Program-made: the position numbers and the translations under genes | In this document: positions 53,851 through 62,170 of the stretch, in pieces | Position numbering within the stretch: the stretch's first letter is position 1 | Layout: every line of letters starts with the position of its first letter | Source: an uncultured Candidatus Saccharibacteria bacterium | Lineage (GTDB): Bacteria > Patescibacteriota > Minisyncoccia > Phycocordibacterales > UBA918 | Reading direction: 5' to 3' | Assembly: GCA_964611205.1 (NCBI GenBank) | Contig: CAZSZB010000002.1 | Coordinates: 74,609 to 138,608, forward strand | DNA: 64,000 nucleotides | The notes under the pieces: generated by a model | The model's input: only the letters and a program-made list of their open reading frames with translations | Database searches by the model: none | What the model was told of the DNA's origin: nothing

Positions 53851-55665
53851 CTACTCCACCGTCACACTTTTAGCAAGGTTGCGGGGTCGGTCAACATTCA
53901 AACCCTTCTCTACTCCTATATAATAGGCTAATAAGTGTAGCGGGATAGTTGAAACAATTGGCTGCAGTATAGGGTGAACCTTCGGTAGATAAATAACATC
54001 ATCTGCCAGCTTATTTATCATACTGTCTCCCTCGGTTGCTAAGGCCAATACCGGAGCCTGACGAGCCTTCACCTCCTCTATGTTGGAGATCATTTTTTCA
54101 TAAACGTCGTCTTGGGGAGCTAGAGCTATAACAGCAAAATCTTTATCCAACATAGCGATGGGTCCGTGCTTAAGCTCACCACCAGCATAGGCTTCGGCAT
54201 GGATGTATGTCACCTCTTTAAGTTTTAAAGAACCTTCAGCGGCCACCGGTTTGTGTAGTTTCCGTCCGATAAATATTGCGTTACTAAAACCAGCGTATTT
54301 TTTAGCAACATTCTCAATATGACTACTGTCGGCCAGCATTTGTGTCAAAACCTCCGGCAAAGTTTCTAACCCTTCTATTATTTCCTGTCCTTCTTCTTTG
54401 CTTAGACCCCGTTTACGACCTATCAAAACCGACAACATAACCATTACAGTTAATTGCGAAATGAAAGCTTTGGTCGAAGCCACTGCTATCTCTGGCCGGG
54501 CGTGATTATAGACTCCTGCTTCTGTTTCTCGCGCAATGGTCGAACCAACTGTATTTACAACACCCAGTGTCAAAAGACCCATTTTTTTACCCTCTCGCAC
54601 CGAGGCAAGTGTATCGGCTGTCTCACCAGATTGCGAGATAGCCAAAAGAGCACCGTTTTTTTCTTTATGTTTTTTCTTGTAACGATACTCACTAGCCAAC
54701 TCCACTTCTATCGGTAACTTGGCGTATTCTTCTAACATATAGCGACCAACTTCCCCTGCATAAAAAGCCGAGCCGCAGCCGACTATTTGCAAACGATCGA
54801 TTGCTAACAATTTATCAAGTACAGTTTCTAGTCCTCCTAACTTAACCTTACCTTCACTGGCAACTAATCGTCCCCGAATTGTGTTCTTGATGACTTCCGG
54901 CGCTTCATGGATTTCTTTGAGCATAAAGTGCTCAAAACCTTGCTTCTGGACAGCTTCGACATCCCATTCAATAGTCTCTGGTAACTTGTTGTTATTTTCA
55001 CCATTTTCAGAGATTATCTCGTAACCATCTTTGTTTATTATCGCCATCTCTCCATCGTCTAAGTAAATAACTTCCTTCGTATGTATTAGCAAAGATGACG
55101 GGTCAGACGAAACAAAATAGCCGTCAGAACTAACACCCAACACTATCGGACTCCCCATTCGAGCCACTACTATTTCTTGAGGATTAGCTTCACTCATAAC
55201 AGCCAAACCATAAGTGCCTCGAACTAGCTCTAATGCCTTACTTACAGCTTCTTTAAGATCATTTAAATATAAGGAACCTATTAGCTTTGCCAACACTTCT
55301 GTATCAGTATCACTTTCAAAGCTATGACCTTGGGTTTTTAAATCAGCTTTTAATTCTTGGTAGTTTTCAACGATTCCGTTATGGACCAACCAAATCTGGC
55401 CAGCGGAGTCGTGATGAGGATGGGCATTTGTTTCTGTTGGTGCGCCATGAGTAGCCCAACGCGTATGCGAAATACCTGAATTCCCAACAATTTCTTCTTT
55501 AATCAGAGCGACCAAATTATCTACTGGACCGGTTGCCTTGATTGCGCCCCAGTGTGGTACGTATATTCCGGCTGAATCATAACCTCTATATTCTAGGGTT
55601 CGCAGGCCTTCTAAAAGAATTGGAACTGCTTGTTTTTCGCCAACGTAACCAAAAATTCCACACAT
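53851..55665 (-). CDS. glmS: glutamine--fructose-6-phosphate aminotransferase
   Basis: MCGIFGYVG (the Ntn Cys1), two SIS domains, and the C-terminal LAKSVTVE. Confidence 0.95.
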   Translation of the reverse strand: MCGIFGYVGEKQAVPILLEGLRTLEYRGYDSAGIYVPHWGAIKATGPVDNLVALIKEEIVGNSGISHTRWATHGAPTETNAHPHHDSAGQIWLVHNGIVENYQELKADLKTQGHSFESDTDTEVLAKLIGSLYLNDLKEAVSKALELVRGTYGLAVMSEANPQEIVVARMGSPIVLGVSSDGYFVSSDPSSLLIHTKEVIYLDDGEMAIINKDGYEIISENGENNNKLPETIEWDVEAVQKQGFEHFMLKEIHEAPEVIKNTIRGRLVASEGKVKLGGLETVLDKLLAIDRLQIVGCGSAFYAGEVGRYMLEEYAKLPIEVELASEYRYKKKHKEKNGALLAISQSGETADTLASVREGKKMGLLTLGVVNTVGSTIARETEAGVYNHARPEIAVASTKAFISQLTVMVMLSVLIGRKRGLSKEEGQEIIEGLETLPEVLTQMLADSSHIENVAKKYAGFSNAIFIGRKLHKPVAAEGSLKLKEVTYIHAEAYAGGELKHGPIAMLDKDFAVIALAPQDDVYEKMISNIEEVKARQAPVLALATEGDSMINKLADDVIYLPKVHPILQPIVSTIPLHLLAYYIGVEKGLNVDRPRNLAKSVTVE

Positions 55666-55770
55666 AGAGTTTTATCTTATTAAATAGTATACTTTTTAAA
55701 ACTAAAGCTAATCGAAATAAGTTGCTTCACCATCTCAAGTTAGAGACCAGGTCTCTAACTTTAAATAGAG

Positions 55771-55799
55771 TTGCTTAATTTGTATATTTGTTGCATAAT
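55771..55799 (+). promoter_or_regulatory. sigma70-like promoter for the RNase P RNA
   Basis: TTGCTT at 55771-55776, a 17-nt spacer, CATAAT at 55794-55799. Transcription would start about 7 nt downstream. Confidence 0.45.
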
Positions 55800-55802
55800 G
55801 TT

Positions 55803-56042
55803 GCTGGTCTGATAGAGACGATTGCGCTACCTTTTGGTAGTGAGGAAAGTCCGAACACAGGCATGATTTATCATGCAGACAGGTAGCGGGTAACCCCCGT
55901 CGTGAGTAATCACCGAGGTGCGAACAGAAACGGCCAATGCGAAAGCAAAGGACATCCATTTATGGATGAGGTCTTGGGTAACCAAGAAATGAAACGGCTA
56001 AATCCTTACCCCTGTGCAAGGCCGTGCCCAGCCGTACTTTTT
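55803..56042 (+). ncRNA. rnpB: RNase P RNA (bacterial type, unusually compact at about 240 nt)
   Basis: CR-I GAGGAAAGTCCGAACACAGGCA (P4 5' strand). GCGGGTAACCCCCGTCG (a GGUAAC loop as in E. coli P6/P7). GTGCGAACAGAAACGGCC (compare E. coli GUGCAACAGAGAGCAAACCGCC, P8/P9). CR-IV-like AATGAAACGGCTAAATCC (P4 3' strand). The 5' GCTGG can pair with the 3' CCAGC at 56026-56030 to form P1. The P10-P14 region appears strongly reduced. The boundaries are approximate. Confidence 0.6.
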
Positions 56043-56540
56043 GCATATACAAACGAAAACATCAAATTCACCTTGTGTGTTAGAGATAGATTCCATTATG
56101 GTATGCAAAAAGTACGGCTGGGAGAGCCGCTCGAGCTAGTTGGTAACAACTAGCCTAGATAAATAATCGTCATCGCTCTGCGAAACAGAATTCGGCTTAC
56201 TATATCAGTCCAACAAAATGACCCGACTCGCCTTACGGCGAGTCGGGTCATTTTATATCTCATTTATCACCTAAGTGATAAATAAAAAGTATTATTACAG
56301 AGATGTATTAATATCTTCTTCATCAGATACTTCTACAGTTCCCATATCATCTACCACTACTGGTTCCTCAGATGAAGTAGCCGGTGTCTCACCCATATCA
56401 ACTGAGCTCATCGGCATATCTGAAACCTCTTCCTTTTTCTTACCAAAAAGTCCGAAAAACATACTGCATATTATTATCCTATAAACGTTGTTATTGTATC
56501 ATATCTCCTCCAAGCAAAACTATAGTATAGTGATATTAAT

Positions 56541-57431
56541 ATGAACCCTGAAAGAGCCGCCATCAATTCGCTAGATAATAGAAAAAGGATTGACGAGATA
56601 AAAGAAACTGCCCAATTACTACTACCCACTTATGGGAAGATTGCTGAGATTATGGAAAAAATCTCTATCCATCCAGAAAATTTTGAAAACCTATACGGAG
56701 CAGAAACAATTCAAGCTGACAGGCAATACGTAGCAAGAATGAAAGAAAAGTTTAAACAAGAGGACGACGAAGCTGGACCTAACGGTTTAACCAAAGGTGA
56801 TATTAGAAAAATAGCCGAAATTCTAGAGTTTCAAATTATACGTGGCATAAACCAAGGACTATGGTTACCTGGCTGTACTGCCACCAAAACTACTGAGTAT
56901 GACGACATACGACACGGAGTCGATCTTGTATTAACCTACGAGAAAGATTTACGAATAGAAAATATGGGTATTGGAGTCGACGTATCTTTCTCTCACAATC
57001 TACAAAATAAGTTTCAAAGAATAAAAGACGAGATTGATAGCTATGATGCAACGAAAGATGGTCAACTAGGTGTGGTGAAGTATTTTCACCAACGAAAAAC
57101 TGGATTCCGAGGGGAACTAAGTAATCTGCCCCGAGTCGTTATAGCTCTTGATATTGGTGTTATGAAGGATCTAGCTCGAGCAAAGGAAGGTGGTAAAGAT
57201 CATATGGCTAGACATTCGATTTTATCCGAGATGGAGATGCAATTAGCTGTTTTTGCCGACTATGCACAAAAACAAAACCCCGCTTGTTTAGACCATATAA
57301 TGAGAGCACAAAACTTTGTGCGAGGATTGATTAACGAACTCAACACTAAAGAAATCTTGCAAAATTCTCAATACGAAAAAAATTTTAAAATTCAAGAGGC
57401 CGTTGAAAAAGGACTTTCTCTATTCCGCTAA
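56541..57431 (+). CDS. hypothetical protein (no recognisable domain)
   Basis: 296 aa with good coding periodicity and an SD-like AGGAG absent. There is no similarity I can name. Confidence 0.4.
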   Translation: MNPERAAINSLDNRKRIDEIKETAQLLLPTYGKIAEIMEKISIHPENFENLYGAETIQADRQYVARMKEKFKQEDDEAGPNGLTKGDIRKIAEILEFQIIRGINQGLWLPGCTATKTTEYDDIRHGVDLVLTYEKDLRIENMGIGVDVSFSHNLQNKFQRIKDEIDSYDATKDGQLGVVKYFHQRKTGFRGELSNLPRVVIALDIGVMKDLARAKEGGKDHMARHSILSEMEMQLAVFADYAQKQNPACLDHIMRAQNFVRGLINELNTKEILQNSQYEKNFKIQEAVEKGLSLFR

Positions 57432-57534
57432 ATATAGACTTTTGTATTTCTATACACACGTCAAAACTGGTTAACCAAGTGTGACGTATTTGATGATTAT
57501 TGACAAGTCGTACTTCTGAAATTATCATTTATAA

Positions 57535-58221
57535 ATGAAATCAAAATGGTCGGATTTAAAACCTGAAGCAATAAAATTACGAAGGAAAGGATTCTCTATC
57601 GCAGCTGTGGAAAAAACACTTGGTATCCCTCGTTCTACATTAAGCGGATGGTTTAAAGATATTCATCTCACTCCAGAACAAAAAGCTATCCTAGATCAAA
57701 ATTGGAGAAATGGACTTGTGAAAGCGAGGAAAGGTGCTGTTAAGTGGCATAACCAGCAAAAAGAAGCTCGACTTCAAAAAGCACAAGACGATGCTAATTC
57801 TATTGTTAATAAAATTGATACTACCAACAAAGAAACTCTTGAGTTAGCGTTGGCTGTTTTATATCTTGCAGAAGGTTCGAAAAAGAATATAGAAACTGCA
57901 CTGGGAAGCTCCGATTCTATTACTCTACGTTTTTTCTTGACTGCGTTAGAAACATTGTTTGACTTCAATAGAAATTCTGTTCGGTGTGAACTTTATCTCC
58001 GTGCAGACCAAAACCCTGAGGAACTTAAAAAATATTGGGCCAAAGAACTTTCTATACCTTTAGTAAACTTTAAACAAATTAGTGTCGATAAACGGAGCTT
58101 GGGTAAAGAAACTTATGATTACTATAAGGGAGTTTGTAGCCTTCGTTGCGGCAATGTAGCTATCCGTAGACGCTTGGTCTATGTTGCAGAGAAATATTTT
58201 GCTATAATCGGCGGGGAGTAA
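57535..58221 (+). CDS. hypothetical HTH-domain protein with a LAGLIDADG-like motif (possible degenerate homing-endonuclease-like DNA-binding protein)
   Basis: An N-terminal HTH (RKGFSIAAVEKTLGIPRSTLSGWFKD). A central LELALAVLYLAEGSKKN resembles the LAGLIDADG/YLAGxxDAEGS motif. The stop codon abuts tRNA-Val. Confidence 0.35.
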   Translation: MKSKWSDLKPEAIKLRRKGFSIAAVEKTLGIPRSTLSGWFKDIHLTPEQKAILDQNWRNGLVKARKGAVKWHNQQKEARLQKAQDDANSIVNKIDTTNKETLELALAVLYLAEGSKKNIETALGSSDSITLRFFLTALETLFDFNRNSVRCELYLRADQNPEELKKYWAKELSIPLVNFKQISVDKRSLGKETYDYYKGVCSLRCGNVAIRRRLVYVAEKYFAIIGGE

Positions 58222-58222
58222 T

Positions 58223-58294
58223 GCGCGATTAGCTCAGTGGTAGAGCGCTCCGTTGACATCGGAGAGGTCGAAAGTTCAATTCTTTCATCGCGCA
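58223..58294 (+). tRNA. tRNA-Val (anticodon GAC)
   Basis: Acceptor GCGCGAT/ATCGCGC, D-arm TAGCTCAGTGGTAGAGCG, anticodon stem CTCCG/CGGAG, loop TTGACAT, T-arm GAAAG-TTCAATT-CTTTC. Confidence 0.85.
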
Positions 58295-58306
58295 CAAATC
58301 ATAAAT

Positions 58307-59170
58307 ATGGAACAACCACTTAAAGACATTGTTATTATCTACCACGCGGATTGTCGTGATGGTTTTGGGGCGGCTTATGCAGCTTGGAAAAAATTTGGCG
58401 ATAATGCTTCCTATATACCAAGCAGGGCGGGTGACGAAGAGCTCCCCGATGGCCTTACAAATAAAGAAATCTATATTGTTGACTATTCTTATAAAAAAGA
58501 AACATTGCAACAGCTTTTGGATACAAACAAATCCGTAGTTGTTATTGATCACCACCAAACAGCCCGAGAAGCAGTCGAGAGCTTTAGCCAAAACATTTTT
58601 GACAACGACCATTCAGGAGCCGTGCTAGCTTGGCAGTACTTCCACCCTGACACAACTATACCTCCGCTCCTTGAATATGTAGAAGACCATGATTTATGGC
58701 GCTTTGCCCTACCAGAAAACCGGGAGTTTAATGTCGCCCTAGGAGAGTACCCGATGACTTTTGAAAGCTGGGATAAGCTCATCGCAGATTTAAAGAACAC
58801 CGACAATCTTATCAATTTTATTGCCAAAGGTTCCCTCTTAGCCAAGTTTGAAGATAAGTTAGTCGCTCGACTTATGATGTACAAAGAACGAGTACTTTTT
58901 GAAGGATACGAAGTCTGGGCTATCAACGCTTCACGAATCTACCGTTCTATTCTCGGAAACCAGCTAGCTGAACTGAACTTAGCAGAAGAACAAGAACCGA
59001 TTGGTATAGTGTATTATCACGGCAATGGCGGGGTAAATATTTCGTTGCGCAGCATCGGAGAAACAGACGTAGCAGCCATCGCTGAGAAATACGGTGGTGG
59101 CGGACATAAGAACGCCGCCGGTATCGAGGTAGCGAATTTCTCAGAGCTCCCTTTTACCTTTCTCTCTTAA
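58307..59170 (+). CDS. nrnA: DHH/DHHA1 phosphoesterase (NrnA-like oligoribonuclease/pAp phosphatase)
   Basis: DHH motifs (IIYHADCRDGFGAA, VVIDHHQTA) and the DHHA1 GGGH motif (KYGGGGHKNAAG). The start was chosen at MEQPLKD. Confidence 0.75.
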   Translation: MEQPLKDIVIIYHADCRDGFGAAYAAWKKFGDNASYIPSRAGDEELPDGLTNKEIYIVDYSYKKETLQQLLDTNKSVVVIDHHQTAREAVESFSQNIFDNDHSGAVLAWQYFHPDTTIPPLLEYVEDHDLWRFALPENREFNVALGEYPMTFESWDKLIADLKNTDNLINFIAKGSLLAKFEDKLVARLMMYKERVLFEGYEVWAINASRIYRSILGNQLAELNLAEEQEPIGIVYYHGNGGVNISLRSIGETDVAAIAEKYGGGGHKNAAGIEVANFSELPFTFLS

Positions 59171-59244
59171 AATTACCAAACTAATCCCCACCCTCTACCT
59201 AAGAAAAGCCTTTACTTTTCTTAGATAATTGCTAATATGAAAAA

Positions 59245-59428
59245 GTTCGCAGGAGGATATTGGACGAAAGAGTCGCGGCCGCGACCACAAACCAGAATCC
59301 TCACGGAAGACGCTGTGTTGAGCATCGCTATAGCCCATCCCCTTGGGCGAACCCCCTGCTCTCTCGGTTACTGATCCTTTTTGGGTCGGTGCTATGGTCA
59401 TAAATCCGTGGAGAATCCTCCTGCGAAC
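59245..59428 (+). ncRNA. candidate structured ncRNA (about 184 nt) closed by a perfect 14-bp terminal helix; identity unknown (its size would fit 6S RNA)
   Basis: The 5' GTTCGCAGGAGGAT pairs with the 3' ATCCTCCTGCGAAC. The interior is GC-rich relative to the genome and holds internal palindromes (GTCGCGGCCGCGAC, CCCCTTGGG). A rho-independent terminator follows directly. Confidence 0.35.
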
Positions 59429-59462
59429 ACCAAAGACCCTGTCTAGTGCATGGTCTTTTTTT
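59429..59462 (+). terminator. rho-independent terminator after the candidate ncRNA / upstream of tsaD
   Basis: AAAGACC-ctgtctagtgcat-GGTCTTTTTTTTT. Confidence 0.6.
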
Positions 59463-59484
59463 TATTTATTGTTATAGTAACCGG

Positions 59485-60663
59485 ATGAAAATTCTCGCTA
59501 TCGAAACCAGTTGCGACGAGACAGCTATCAGTATTATAGAAGCTACCGGCGACTTCCCTGATGCTACCTACGAAGTGCTTGGCAACGCTCTTCATTCCCA
59601 AATAGCTATCCACGTTGAATACGGTGGAGTTTTTCCAGCCTTAGCTAAACGTGAACACGCCAAAAAATTGGTTCCGATGTTGACACAAGCCCTGAGTGAG
59701 GCGGAACTACTAGAAGAAGGCGATCATAACCTCACAAACGAGCAAACCGAGAAAATCAGTACCATACTCTACCGCGAACCAGACCTCAGTGAGACAATGT
59801 TGGAGTTTTTTAATAAATACGAACAACCTGAATTTGACTTAATCGCTGTTACCTCGGGACCAGGTCTTGAGCCAGCTTTGTGGGTTGGAGTGAATTTTGC
59901 CAAAACCTTAGCTGCTATCTGGAACACGCCGGTCGTGCCCGTAAACCATATGGAAGGTCATATTTTAGCCTCTATTTTCGACATCGAACGTGATGATCAG
60001 TTAGCAGAAATAAGCTTGCCGGCCATTTCTTTATTGATTTCTGGTGGGCACACTGAACTAATTTTAATGAACGAATGGGGTCATTATGAAAAAATCGGGC
60101 AAACCCTAGATGACGCTGTTGGCGAAGCTTATGATAAGGTAGCTCGGATGATGGATATTCCTTATCCAGGCGGACCAGAAATCGGTCGCTTAGCTGGATT
60201 AGCAAGACAACAAAAGCTACCTACCTACGCCGATCTTCCTCGTCCGATGTTGAACTCAGATGATTTAAACTTCTCTTTCTCAGGCCTAAAAACAGCCGTT
60301 CGGTACAAAGTTGCTGACCAAGTATTAACTGGAGAGGAAAAACAAGCTTTAGCTAGAGATTTTGAAGACGCTGTGACGGAAGTGTTACTTAAAAAAGCCG
60401 CACGGGCTCTAACTGAATATGGTGCAAAAACCTTCATTGTTGGAGGTGGAGTAAGTGCCAACCAACATCTGCGTCAAAGTTTTAATGCAAAACTACTTGA
60501 AAGTCATCCAGACGTAACAGTCTATTTTCCTCACAGAGCTATGTCGACTGATAACTCAGTAATGATAGCTTTAGCTGGACACGCTCGGGCAGCGGGTGCT
60601 TTAGCACCCGCTGCCGGCCAACTAATCAAAGCCGACGGTAACCGATCCCTAGCTACCGAATAA
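59485..60663 (+). CDS. tsaD: tRNA N6-adenosine threonylcarbamoyltransferase (Kae1/TsaD family)
   Basis: MKILAIETSCDETAISI, the HxEGH metal motif (NHMEGHI), LISGGHTELI and GGVSAN. An insertion lies after the first HSP70-like lobe. The start was chosen at 59485. Confidence 0.85.
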   Translation: MKILAIETSCDETAISIIEATGDFPDATYEVLGNALHSQIAIHVEYGGVFPALAKREHAKKLVPMLTQALSEAELLEEGDHNLTNEQTEKISTILYREPDLSETMLEFFNKYEQPEFDLIAVTSGPGLEPALWVGVNFAKTLAAIWNTPVVPVNHMEGHILASIFDIERDDQLAEISLPAISLLISGGHTELILMNEWGHYEKIGQTLDDAVGEAYDKVARMMDIPYPGGPEIGRLAGLARQQKLPTYADLPRPMLNSDDLNFSFSGLKTAVRYKVADQVLTGEEKQALARDFEDAVTEVLLKKAARALTEYGAKTFIVGGGVSANQHLRQSFNAKLLESHPDVTVYFPHRAMSTDNSVMIALAGHARAAGALAPAAGQLIKADGNRSLATE

Positions 60664-60688
60664 ACGTCAAGGATTTATTCTGAATATC

Positions 60689-62170
60689 TTAATCCAAAAT
60701 CAGCAACAATAAAGAAGCAATTGCTATCCCGAAAAACGGCCACCAAACACACGGAAATCCGAAAAATAGTGAGGTGAGAGTGAATAACAGTGCCCAAGCA
60801 CCGAAATAGATATTCCTCGAGCGAGAATCCCAAAAAGTTTGGCTAATATAGTGAGCTCGATAATCATAAGCTGTCATAACTACCCAAGCAAAAAGGAATA
60901 CGTACCAAATATAGCCAATTATATTCAACCAATAAGATACCAGCAGAAGAACCGTATAGACAGCAGAGAAAATTAATTGCCGGTTGAAAAATGGTCTAAA
61001 TTCAGAATGTTCGCGATTCAGACGATCAGCCAATACACTCCACGTCAGAGAAATAAATATTAAAATCAGTAGCCATATCAGAGTACACACACCCGTCTCT
61101 GAGAGCGGAGAATCATCCAACCAGTCAGTTATTCCTTTAACCATACCGTCTACTTTACCTTCATCAGTAGTCTCGGTGTCGGTATTTGTTGCTGCTCCTA
61201 ACACCGCTCCAGCCGGCAAGGTAGAACCAAAACCATCTCCACTACCTGCGAAGAAATTTGTACTAGCTCCCGCCACTGCACCTCCTGGAATAATAAAACG
61301 CAAAGCTTTACCAACACTAAAATCATCATCAGTATCTTCCCTGCTAGCTGGTCGACATTCATAAGTACCAGACTCTCCCACCGTGACTATCACTATATGT
61401 TCTTCACTATCATTCTCCCGCTCAGCTACAGCAAACTCATAACCAAAGTATGGTTCGGTTGGATTAAGGTCAAAAGGTCCGTTGGCAAGATTTCCACAAA
61501 CCAAATAGGTGGTAGCTCCTCTATTAGTCTGCCAAGCAATAGTAGCACTGCTGTCTAAAGGATTTACCGCTACAACTGTTTCGTTAAACAGTCTAAAATT
61601 ACTTGTTCCGCCACCTCCTGTACCACCGCCACCACCGCCTGGAGGTGTTGTAATCGTCGTGGTAGAGGTATCTCCATCATCACAAAGTACGCTACCGCCA
61701 GAAAAACCAACACACAAACCGAAGCCCATAGTTTTAACCTGATAACTATTATCTGTGGCAGTATCCAGAGAAGCCGTGAAATTATAAGTGCGCGACTGTC
61801 CAGCTGATAGAGTTCCTAAAGGAATAGCTGGCCCAGAAAATAAGCTAGCAAAATAATCGTTGTAGTAATTACTGGTCGGACCATCGACTTCTAAACGCAT
61901 AACAGCTGCTAAACCATCGGAGTATTCGTCTTTAGTATCAAAGTAAACAGACTCATTATTTGGACCATTGTTAACGACAGTAACGGTACGTGAGGTACTG
62001 AGACCAGGCGCAACATTTACATCATAAAAAAGAGGGTCGTTTTGGAAACTCACATTCAATCCAGCCGCGTTAGCGATGGTTGTGAGACCAAAAAGTAATA
62101 AGAATAAAGTGCTGTAGATAACTATCTTTGGTTGTAGGAGAATCTTTATCATAATCTTATTCTGTCTCAT
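60689..62170 (-). CDS. cell-surface protein with a TasA/camelysin-like N-terminal domain, Gly/Thr linker and a C-terminal multi-TM anchor
   Basis: A signal peptide, then NVSFQNDPLFYDVNVAPGLSTSRTVTVVNNGPNNESVYF (camelysin-like pattern NL.PG....f.v.N.G). A GGGGGTGGGG linker. The last ~130 aa form 3-4 TM helices rich in W/F/Y. Confidence 0.5.
   Translation of the reverse strand: MRQNKIMIKILLQPKIVIYSTLFLLLFGLTTIANAAGLNVSFQNDPLFYDVNVAPGLSTSRTVTVVNNGPNNESVYFDTKDEYSDGLAAVMRLEVDGPTSNYYNDYFASLFSGPAIPLGTLSAGQSRTYNFTASLDTATDNSYQVKTMGFGLCVGFSGGSVLCDDGDTSTTTITTPPGGGGGGTGGGGTSNFRLFNETVVAVNPLDSSATIAWQTNRGATTYLVCGNLANGPFDLNPTEPYFGYEFAVAERENDSEEHIVIVTVGESGTYECRPASREDTDDDFSVGKALRFIIPGGAVAGASTNFFAGSGDGFGSTLPAGAVLGAATNTDTETTDEGKVDGMVKGITDWLDDSPLSETGVCTLIWLLILIFISLTWSVLADRLNREHSEFRPFFNRQLIFSAVYTVLLLVSYWLNIIGYIWYVFLFAWVVMTAYDYRAHYISQTFWDSRSRNIYFGAWALLFTLTSLFFGFPCVWWPFFGIAIASLLLLILD

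Noticed and set aside
55924-55935. ACAGAAACGGCC initially read as RNase P CR-IV (P4 3' strand), which would imply an approximately 150-nt RNA
   Set aside because: Re-aligned to the P8/P9 junction (E. coli GCAACAGAGAGCAAACCGCC). The better CR-IV candidate is AATGAAACGGCTAAATCC at 55989-56006.
56275-56484. 69-aa ORF downstream of the RNase P RNA
   Set aside because: It has a Ser/Thr-rich low-complexity translation and no SD, and it lies in the probable 3' region of rnpB or a promoter region. It is not called.
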